This document shows, piece by piece, positions 52,270 to 64,000 of a DNA stretch of 64,000 nt. A program made the position numbers and the translations under genes. This DNA comes from Octopus sinensis (Eukaryota), in assembly GCF_006345805.1 (NCBI RefSeq), contig NC_043011.1, positions 30,082,464-30,146,463 of the forward strand, written 5' to 3'. The notes below the pieces were generated by a model. The model saw only the letters and a program-made list of their open reading frames with translations. It searched no databases and was not told the origin of the DNA. The stretch's first letter is position 1, and each line of letters starts with the position of its first letter.

Positions 52270-52590
52270 AGAGAGATGGACACAAAATATGCAAGCCATC
52301 ATGAGCTAGGCACAAAATTATAGGACGGTTATGAAGTATACACATGGTCATGGAATGTGCTCAAAGCAAGCACGTATTAACAGATGGACACAATGTATGC
52401 AGACAGTCACAGAATGGACATAGAGTAAGCACATAATCACAGATAAAATAGAATATGCATAACATGGCCACAGAATGAACCTAAAGCATACTCCTAATCA
52501 AATGATAAACAAAATATCTATGTACATGGTCATGGTGTAGATATAAAGCAGGTGCTTAATCACAGGTCCAAACTATGCATATGTCAAAAC
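52270..52590. repeat. Degenerate minisatellite, unit about 54-60 bp
   Basis: AGATGGACACAA at 52274 and 52382; ACATGGTCATGG recurs; similar spacing throughout. Confidence 0.5.
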
Positions 52591-52639
52591 AGATAGATTC
52601 AAGTTATCCTTATTAGTCACTCTACATGGTTCCATGATG

Positions 52640-53190
52640 TAAAAGAGTAAAGGGTAAAAACTCCCTTCAGTCATAAATAACCACGGGATTGCACCAAGAA
52701 TATTGCCCTCCGAGGCACAAATCCAGGTAAGGTTGTTTATAGAAGACTAGCAGTCGCCCATGCATACCTATTTCTTTACTATCCACAAGGAGCTAAACAT
52801 AGAGAGAACAAACAAGGACAGACATAGGTATTAAGTCGATTACATCAACCCCAGTGCGTAACTGGTACTTAATTTATTGACCCCGAAAGGATGAAAGATA
52901 AAGTCGACCTCGGCGGAATTTGAACTCACAACGTAACGGCAGACGAAATACTGCTAAGCATTTCGCCCGACGTGCTAACGTTTCTGCTAGCTCGCCACCT
53001 CTCCATGCCACCAATGTTATCTATGGGAAAGGCAAAGGCTGGTACTGCTCAGCACCAGTGACATCACAACTCATTTCTACAGCTGAGTGAACTGAAGCAA
53101 TGTGAAATAAAGTGTCTTGCTCAAGAATGCAACACACAGACCAAAATGGGAAACAAACTCACAACCTCATGATTGTGAACCCAACCACAC
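52640..53190 (-). mobile_element. Family D SINE with a nested family E SINE (52769-53000)
   Basis: Family D sequence stops at GCATACC and resumes at CTCCATGCCACC. Confidence 0.8.
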
Positions 53191-53597
53191 ATGTTGTAGT
53201 GGTTATCATGTTGACCTCACATACAGAAAGTTATCATTTTGAAACTCACTGGAATCTATCATTTAAGGTGGTGAGCTGGCAGAATTGTTAGCACACAGGA
53301 CAAAATGCTTAGCTGCGTTTCATCCATCTTTATATTCCGTGTTCAAATTCTACCAAGGTTGACTTTGCCTTTCATCCTTTCAGGGCCAGTAAAATAAAAT
53401 CAGTTGAGCACAGAGATAAATCTAATCAACTACCCCACTCCTTTCAACTTTCAGGCCTTGTACCCAAAGTAGAAAGGATTATTATTAATCACACACACAC
53501 ACACACACACCCACATGCACGCATGCATGCACGCATGCATGCACATACACACACACACATACACACGCACGCACGCACGCACGCACACACGCACACA

Positions 53598-53629
<32 letters not shown>

Positions 53630-53641
53630 CGCACACACATG

Positions 53642-53672
<31 letters not shown>

Positions 53673-54682
53673 AAAATAAAACATAAGTTTATAGTTTGAA
53701 ATTTATAATCTTTTAGAGCAATTCCTTGAAATTCTTCCACCCATTTTCTTACCCCAATTACTGTACCTTTAACTGCTCTAGGCATTAATCATCTCACAAA
53801 AATAGCAGAAACTACCACCTCAAGCAATCTATCTCAGTCACTATAAATAATTTTCTAAGTTTTCTTTCTGTTAACTGTTCCATTACAGTTCACAGGAGAA
53901 AGTTTTTATTCCTTAACTAAGTCTATATTTAGATATTCTGTCATCTATTGCCATACTACATTGAAACTTAATTCAATAATGTTTGCCCCCAAATTAGTAT
54001 TTCTGAAAGAGCCAGAGGTTGAGCTGGTGAGAATTCTTATCTTAATTCAATTTTTCTTCATCCATACGCACCCTGGATGTAAGTAAATGGAACAAAGTGA
54101 ATAACGAATTGTTTACTATGGTAAATCCAATAATGATAGAAAGATCGATGAATTTAGCATATATATACATATATATATGTATATTTTTCATTTTAGATTT
54201 ACGTCAAGAGCAAATGTTTGTCTGAAGTGATTGTAAGGTTTGCTACTGAATTTTTGAATTAAAGCATTGAGAGAATAAATTTGGTAAAAATAACACTACA
54301 ATGTAATTATGTTGTTTTTCAAAATAATTGGTTGGATGGATGAATGGCAGGGAAAAATGAATAGATTGGTTTGGAAAGATAAAGAACAATAGTAGTAGTG
54401 GCAGCAGAAGAAGCAATAAAATTTCTGAAAAATTTTCTGAATATGAAGAAGATAGAACAGATGGTGCCTCTGTCAACAAGAAAGAATTAGTTTTTACATG
54501 TTGAGAAGATAAAATGCAAACAGCTTATGGATATTCACTTGATAGAACCAATCATATCAGATTTTGATCTTACAGACAAATAGTTTTCTCTTTAGATGAA
54601 AGATTTTCATAATACTTACATTTTCATTATGTTTAAACTGATTTGTCCTTCAATTGTTATCAGGTAACTTACTCCTGTCTGT

Positions 54683-54716
<34 letters not shown>

Positions 54717-55011
54717 ATTAATGAGAGAGACAGAAGATGGAAGATACAAGAATCTTTATTGATCACTACAGTCATTTTGATCCATCTACCATCAATCCTT
54801 TGTGGGTAGGATACCTCACAACTGGTTTGCATATACAATATCCCACCCACAAGGAATCAATGCTAGATGGATCGAAGCACCTGTAGTGATCAATAGCCAG
54901 CTGGAGGAGGTGTCTTCTGGGGCTACAAGCTACAGTAGCATCCACCCTTAAGGGTTAGTCACGTTTAAGTGGCAAATATACTTCATGATATATATATATA
55001 TATAAATAAGT

Positions 55012-55042
<31 letters not shown>

Positions 55043-55345
55043 TATATATATATGCAAATATATATGCATGTATACACACACATATGTATATGCCTACATA
55101 TATATGTATATATACATGCATATAAGGGTACAGGGTGTCAAAAAAATGTGAACAAAATGAGAAACGAGAACAGAAAAAACAAAAGCATAGGAAGAAAACA
55201 TTTTTCGAACAACAAGAGAAACAAATAGAGAAACAAGACATTCTCATTTCTCATTTTGTTCATGTTTTTTTGAAGTTCTGTACCCATATATGCATGTATA
55301 TATACATATAGATGTAGGCATGTACATGTGTGGGTGTATATATAT

Positions 55346-55656
55346 CACTGTGATCACCATGACCAACCAGGCTATCAGATGTTGCTACACATCGCTGGTC
55401 ACAATGCGCTTCGCATTGTTTTAGCCTTCAAATGACGCCACCTCACTGGCTAAGTGAGCAGGCCAACAGAAGAAAGAATGAGAGAAAGTTCTGGCGAAAG
55501 AGTACAGCAGGGATCGCCACCACCCCCTGCTGGAGCCTCATGGAGCTTTAGGTGTTTTTGCTCAATAAACACTCACAACGCCCGATCTGGAAATTGAAAC
55601 CACAATCCTACAACTGCGAGTCCACTGCCCTAACCACTGGGCCATTGCACCTTCAC
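55346..55656 (-). mobile_element. tRNA SINE with the family A head
   Basis: Minus GTGAAGGTGCAATGGCCCAGTGGTTAGGGCAGTGGACTCGC...; 3' body differs from family A. Confidence 0.8.
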
Positions 55657-55713
55657 ACACATATATGTTATTTATATTATTATATGATCAAACACCACAC
55701 ATCCGTTTCCAAG

Positions 55714-55775
<62 letters not shown>

Positions 55776-55940
55776 ATGTATTGCATAAGTATTTCAATAC
55801 TTTTAATTATGAAATTTCATAGTTCAAATCTTGTCTGATGCTATATACCGATCGCTGAATAAAATACCTCACCCCATTTACAGATCAGACTCATCAAAAT
55901 GCAGTATGGACCGAAGTATTATGATTTTAAGCACAACCAA

Positions 55941-56180
55941 CAATTGCAGTGTAGAAGGAGTTTTTAAGTCATTTAAAAACACACAAAAACCGTTAGATTC
56001 ACTGCAATAATAATTAATTTGCCAAAAGTATTTTAACAAATTAAATTTAAATGTTGAAGTGAATCTAACGATTTTTGTGTGTTTTTAAATGACTTACAAA
56101 CACCTTCCAAGCTGCAATTGTTTTTGCTTCAGCACATGATCTCAGCTCAGGTCACTTGCTATGCAAGTGCATCTCCGTAA
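55941..56180. repeat. Fold-back copy of an interspersed repeat (arms 55941-56027 and 56031-56120)
   Basis: Imperfect palindrome centred near 56029. Confidence 0.8.
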
Positions 56181-57158
56181 TAATGATGTTATTGAGAGCA
56201 GTATCTCTTAGACATTTAATCAACCATAGGAGATAACTAGAGTAACTGGACTATTGAGTGTTTCTGTGGTCAATTTTACACACTAGAAATATCAGCCATG
56301 TCTCCTTCAAATCCCACCCGGGTATCTCAGAAAAAAAAATACATCAAATAATGTGTTCCTGGGTTTCTAGCATGTAGGAAGAGAAAGATGGGACAGTTAT
56401 GACTGAAGTGCTTTTGATCATAACTATCCTTGGTCAGAGACGACTTGAGATGAAACAACAACAATGAAAAGATTGGGGAAAGGAGAAGATGACAGGGGGG
56501 AAGACGAGAGGGGGAAATGAGAGGGAGAGGAGAGGTAGGGGGAAAGAGTGAACAAGACTATCCATAAATGTTAGCAATCCACGGAAAGTTTATATTTGTA
56601 TTATATGTCTATTCCACGTATATTATTTCCAAGCCTTGACTGAATATTACAATATATAAATAATAGAATTTCTTCTAAGGCTGCCTATGTTTTGAAAATT
56701 AGCCTGAAGTGTACTCTAAACAATGAATGGGAAATGCATTGATTCTGTTCAAAATATTCTGGACAGCTATTCAAGAACACTAACTGTATCAATCTTATCA
56801 GTCCCAGAAGCCCTGCAAAAGTGATTGGAATGGCCTATTCCTCCAGTTCTTTTGTACAAAAATCATTCTATTAAAGACATTTGAGATACTGAATTTTATT
56901 TGGAGACAATGAAACACATCTGGAGTAATTATGGCATGTCATTGTTGACCTTGTGAATGATAATATAATGACTGTGACAAGTGATTTGTAGACCAAAATC
57001 TCCCTGCAGGAATGTTTAAATCAAGACAGGTAACTCAAAAAATACTGGTTGATCAGGCAATATATTAAAAGAGATCTGGTCTTCAAAGCCAACTGGTGGA
57101 AGCAACACTCTTGTTTCTATGTTATTAAACCACCTCAGCAAAGCCTATTCTACTCTCA

Positions 57159-57196
<38 letters not shown>

Positions 57197-57201
<5 letters not shown>

Positions 57202-57560
57202 CAGGAAGACATGGGATGAGGTGGCTTCAAACATTGGGCCTCACAGAGGCAATGACAACAGACCGAGACCTCTGGAGATATGCTGTGACTGCAAAGACCT
57301 GACAAATGAAGTGAGTTCATGGCTCACAGGATGGCCTGCTGTGCTTACCTTGGATGATAGGGTGACCTGCTGTGCTTGAGGAGTCTTATTGAGTCAAGTA
57401 TATCAACATCAAAATAAAAATCAAATGGAAATTGTAGTTGTGATACCCGTGCCAGTGGCACATAGAATACACCATCCAAACGTGGCTGATGCCAGCACCA
57501 CATTGACTGGCATCTGTGCCAGTGGCACATAAAAAGCGCCAACCGATTGTGGACGTTGCC
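57197..57560 (+). mobile_element. RTE LINE 3' fragment
   Basis: AGACCAGGAAGACATGGGATGAGGTGG...GGCCTCACAGAGGCAA matches about 49310-49430. Confidence 0.8.
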
Positions 57561-57579
57561 ATATATGTAATGAGAGAAT

Positions 57580-57615
<36 letters not shown>

Positions 57616-58023
57616 AATGTAATGATGAAAAATAACTACTGAATATTTCTAATTATTCTTAGAATCTACATATTATAAATTGTAAAACAAGAAAACCAAT
57701 ATTTTATCTATAATATATAATGAAACATGAATACAACACTGTGCTGCTTACATTTAGCAAACTCACAGAAACAGTAAAAAGAAATAACTAAATAAATATG
57801 TATGCATATGTGTATATATATATATATATTTACACAGACACACACACATATACATACATACATATATATATATATGAGTCACAAATTTGTACATGTGCAT
57901 GTGTACTGCAAAATACAATTATCACATTTTCATGGGAAATAAAAAGCTATTATCATATTTTGTTTATTATTAAACAGCTAATTTTCTCATTATTATAACC
58001 CACCATTGTTAATGGCTGTCTTA

Positions 58024-58075
<52 letters not shown>

Positions 58076-58829
58076 TATTAATATTAATAATCATAATAAT
58101 GATAATGATGATAATAACAACAACAACAATAAGAATTATTCTTTTTCTTTTTCACTAATTACAATATTTACTGAGTGGATTGGAAATTATGGTATGAAAA
58201 CACACGTTGTACAATGTTATTTATTTGTATTTAATAGTATTCTTTTATTCCTTGACTGGTTTAAGACTGTGCCCTTGAAGGGCCACTGTTTTCAAGAGTT
58301 TTAGTTAATCATATTGGCCCTGTTATTTTGTCTGGAACTCATTTTAATGACCTCTATGCATTGCGTGGCTAAATTTCACTGTGAATAGACACCCTTTTTT
58401 AAGGGAATCGATATAAATATAAAAGGATATTTACCCTTATACATTTTGGTATATATATATATATACATATATATATACAGATATTCATGTTTTTATAATA
58501 ATTACTGGTATCCTTATATATTACTATATTTTATATCTTATATCTTAAATGTAAAGAATAATATGTATAATATATATATATACACAATATATATACATAC
58601 ATACACACACATATAAAGTTAGATAAGGCTGGTTTATTGGATTACTCTGGGTTTCATGTCCATAAAGCACTTAGCATTTTGGCATATGCTCAGATGGCAA
58701 ACTTGTTGGTGTGTAACCTCTTTTAGGAGTGGCCTCTCTAGAAAATGGAGGAAGAAAAGGCCTCACTATTCAATGTCAACAACAAGGGATTGTCTCCCTT
58801 TGTCTATCGATCATAAAGGCCAGCAGAAA

Positions 58830-59165
58830 TTTCCTGGAATGCAAGCAGTCTAAAGACTTCTGTTCTGGAGTTAAGGATGTTCCCTAGGTCAAGGGAGTCT
58901 TTAGTATCCTCGCCCTTTTCAATATGCCCAGTTACAATGCTTGGTCCCGTTTATGTAGGGGCCTGGATTTTGTATGATTCTCCATGAGATTGTGTATGGA
59001 ATCCCATCATCTTTCAGCTGCCATACATGGCTGGCTAATGACATAACATAACTCCTTTCTGGTATACTGAAGGAGGTTCTGTAGTTAGAGAGTTGTTGCT
59101 TGAACTTGTTACCAGAACAACCAAAATATCTCCATGCTCAGGTGTTGGCAGTGCTGTATCTGTTG
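58830..59165 (-). mobile_element. Decayed Penelope GIY-YIG endonuclease domain
   Basis: 72 open codons at 59137-58922: AWRYFGCSGNKFKQQLSNYRTSF...SLASHVWQLKDDGIPYTISWRII...PYINGTKHCN; after a frameshift ILNSRTEVF. Confidence 0.85.
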
Positions 59166-59169
59166 GTGT

Positions 59170-59206
<37 letters not shown>

Positions 59207-60483
59207 CTTATATATATATATATATATATATTATATCTATATATATTAATATATATATATATTATATATATACTATGTAATATATATATATGTAGATATA
59301 TCTATATATATATATATATATATATATATGTTATAATATATATCACATTTGTATGTATTTAGTCTTATTGCGAAACTTTTCCGTATGAGAACTCCTTGCT
59401 GCTTCTGATAAAGATCAAACTAAGTTGGTTTGCTGTTGTTACTTGACTCAGCTATTTCAAATCTTTGTAAATCTGCTGGGATAGTCCAACAAATCAAACT
59501 TCTCCACATGCTCCCAGCCCACTCAGGACGCTCAGCCCTGCACCAAGCCAAAAAGTAATCAACATTTAATTCTTCAAATTATTTGTCTTGATGTATCAAT
59601 GGCAATACAGTTTATGTCAACAGCGAACTAAACTGTTGGCAGCTGCCAGTCAAACTACGAGCTTAATTTATCATAAAAATTTGATTTTGTAATCACGGTT
59701 ATTAGCGTGGTCACCGTTTTTAGCATTGTTGTTCTTCTTGCTGTTGTTGTTGTTGTTATTGTTGTTGTTTTTGTTGCTGTTGCTCCTCTTGTTGTTGCTA
59801 CAGTGCTGGGGCTGCTGTTGTTGTTTATGCTGTTTTTGTCAGCATTAATCTCATTTCCTATTAAGCATTCATCTTATATAAGCAATAATAATAAGTATAC
59901 CTGATTGTGTGAGTGTGTCTAAGAGTGTGTGTGTGTGTAAGAGAGAGAGAGAGAGGGTGAGGGAGAAAGAGAGAAAGTGTGTGTGTGTGTTTTTTTCTTT
60001 ATAACTAACTAATCATGTGATTGCAGCTGCATGTGAACATCTGTGTGTCAGTGTGTGATTATGTATATGATTTGTATAACCATTTCATGAGTCTGTATAA
60101 TCAGCCATCAGTTTGTGTGTGTGTATATATATATATATAATATAATATATATATATATCTTTTACTCTTTTACTTGTTTCAGTCATTTGACTGCTGCCAT
60201 GCTGGAGCACCACCTTTAGTCAAGCAAATTGACCCCAGGAGTCATTCTTTGTAAGCCTAGTACTTATTATTCTGTCGATCTCTTTTGCCAAAACACTAAG
60301 TTACGGGGACATAAACAAATATTACAGGCACTTCTCCACACACACACACTAACTAAACATAGACACACATAGAGGTATACGCATGCGCAAATGAAGACAC
60401 ATACAATAAGAATACAAAATACAAAATGGCTGACCGTTAGTAAGGAGAGACACACAAATAAGAAAGAAGAAAGCAAAGGACCA

Positions 60484-60526
60484 CTGATGAGGTCACAGAA
60501 GTGTGACAAAAGAACTCTGACCGAAA
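60484..60526 (+). ncRNA. 5' half of a hammerhead (core, stem II, GAAA) at the end of a Penelope-like LTR fragment (about 60325-60530)
   Basis: CTGATGA-GGTCA...TGACC-GAAA; the 3' strand of stem I is missing. Confidence 0.45.
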
Positions 60527-60721
60527 TAAGATTAAGATTAATGTAAAAAATAAATAACGCTGAAGCAAAGTAACACCAAATATATAGTGCGTGTGTTTTT
60601 ATTGGCTAAACTGGCAAAATGACCATTCCTAAATACAACAACATGTTTCAACACACGATTTCACATCAAGAATCTTGCAAAACAAATATATATAAACGTA
60701 TATATGTATATATATATATTG

Positions 60722-60767
<46 letters not shown>

Positions 60768-61670
60768 CTATATATAATATAATATAATATAATATAATAT
60801 AATATAATATAATATAATATATATGTTTGTGTACTTACGTATATGTATGTACTTTTGTATGTGTGTGTGGTATGCTTGTGTTATAGGTTCTTTTATTTGA
60901 TGGACTTTAATGCTTAGTGAGAAAGAGAAGTGCAGCATCCCTGATCCACCTTTACTTTTTCCAGGATCTTAGAGACTGATGGATAAAAGGAAAGAAATTA
61001 TCCTTAAGATAGAGAACGCATCCCCAAAATGGTTTGCAACAGAGTAAGCACTACTAAACTGATTTCGTATATTTTCCATTGTCATTATCAATTTACTGCT
61101 GATGTAAGCCTCAGCAATCAGCATGCCATTGTCATTTTATCTATGTTGGTTGTAGTTCTCTCCATTCATGCTGGCCAGCTATACATCAGATGGCATGCTC
61201 TTATGGTCAGCTGATGAGCTCTGTCCATTGAAATTTGAAACCATGTGATTGTGAATTGATCTTCTTAGGCATGCAGCTCCAGACGTGCCCAAAACCCCAA
61301 ACCATTTGTCCATGTGCACAGGCACATATACATACAGACATATATATATATATATATAGTTATATATTTTGATATGTATATATAGGGCCAATGCCAGCGC
61401 CACCTTGACTGGCTTCCATGCCAGTGACACGTAAAAGACACCAACTGATCGTGGCCGCTTCCAGACTCCCCTGGCACCTGTGCCGGTGGCACGTAAAAAG
61501 CACTCACTACACTCTCAGAGTTGTTGGCGCTAGGAAGGGCATCCAGCCATAGAAACACTGCCAGATCAGACTGGAGCCTGGTGCAGCCTGCTGGCTTCCG
61601 AGACCCTGGTCGAACCGTCCAACCCATGCTAGCATGGAAAATGGACGTTAAACATTGATGATAATGATGA

Positions 61671-61702
<32 letters not shown>

Positions 61703-61729
61703 CAGGTATGGCTGTATGGCGAGGACAGA

Positions 61730-61880
61730 TGCGGGTGTGGCTGTATTGTAAGAAGCTTGCTTCCCAACCATATGGTTCTGGGTTCAGTCCCACTACTTGG
61801 CACCTTGGGCAAGTGTCCTCTGCAATAGCCCATGACCAAAACCTCATGAGTGGATTTGGTAGATGGGGACTGAAAGAAGC

Positions 61881-61943
<63 letters not shown>

Positions 61944-62170
61944 ATATCTATGTATGTGTGTTATTGCATTTGTGGTTGTCCTCCACCACTGCTTGATGAC
62001 CGGTGTTGGTGTGTTTATGTTCCCGTAACTTAGTGCTTCAGCAAAATCAACTGATAGAATAAGTACTAGATTTCAAACATAAGTCTTGGGGGTCAATTTG
62101 CTAAACTAAAACCCTCCTAGGCAGTGCCCCACCATGGCCACAGTCAAATGACTGAAACAAGTAAAAGATA
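61730..62170 (+). mobile_element. CORE-like SINE (family B)
   Basis: Head, microsatellite and tail present. Confidence 0.8.
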
Positions 62171-62767
62171 AAAGATATACACACACACATACGCACATAT
62201 ATATACACACATATATGTATACATACACACATATGTGCGTGTGTGTGTATGTGTATAGATATATTTGGTGTGTGTGTGTGTATGTATGTATGTATGTATG
62301 TATGTATGTATGTATGTATGTATGTATGGATGGATGGATGGATGGATGGATATATAAATGCATAATTACATGAATTCTTGCATTCATATATTTATTCAAA
62401 TATATAAGAATAAAAGAATGGATACATGTGCATATGTGTGTGCATTTATGAATTATAAATATGTGAATTTCTGTATTCATATATACAAGTGCATTTCATA
62501 AAATTAGAATAGCAAGGAAAATTGAATATTTTATCATTTTTATACACAGTAGATGTGGCAGCTGTGCTCCATACAGTCTGTAAAGAATCTCATTTGTAGA
62601 CTGATTACTGTAGAATAACAAGTATATGAGCATGGACAAAGATGTTAATTCTACTTAACTCAAAATGTATTGTCTGTACACATTTAAGTAATACCCTTTC
62701 AGCAAATGTTCTTACATAATTTTTACATTGTATGTATTTTATTCTAGGAAACACTGGTGTTGCAATC

Positions 62768-64000
<1,233 letters not shown>

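Noticed and set aside
56680-57130. Semi-open frames suggesting a decayed transposon ORF
   Set aside because: No diagnostic motif could be identified with confidence.
60900-61240. Minus-strand LIAEAYISS..DNGKY, a possible fourth GIY-YIG end
   Set aside because: Too degenerate; many stops and frameshifts are needed to align it.

Overview
AT-rich eukaryotic non-coding DNA (intronic or intergenic) saturated with microsatellites and transposon debris. The SINE, LINE and microsatellite repertoire looks like an Octopus genome; this is an inference from recalled repeat families, not a database hit. Nearly all supplied ORFs are translations of (TA)n, (CA)n, (AAT)n or (CAT)n tracts or of SINEs, often from TTG/GTG starts, and are not genes. 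No host gene could be assembled; only a few weak orphan exon candidates were seen. Supported content: several tRNA-headed SINE families; RTE-type and restriction-like-endonuclease LINE remnants; at least three distinct Penelope-like GIY-YIG endonuclease fragments; a nearly complete DD36E (Incomer-type) Tc1 element; a second Tc1; a mariner; piggyBac-type MITEs; a dispersed 5S rRNA copy; and a 949-bp tandem duplication. The most interesting signal is a set of 7-8 hammerhead-ribozyme motifs from unrelated Penelope-like LTR families. They show core covariation (C3-G8, U3-A8, possibly G3-C8), include one atypical stem-II variant, and in one case sit in a 110-bp cassette present in both orientations. 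A 175-bp inverted copy of the Tc1 interior lodged in a SINE 3 kb away looks like a local templated insertion. All structures were read by eye and none were computed.
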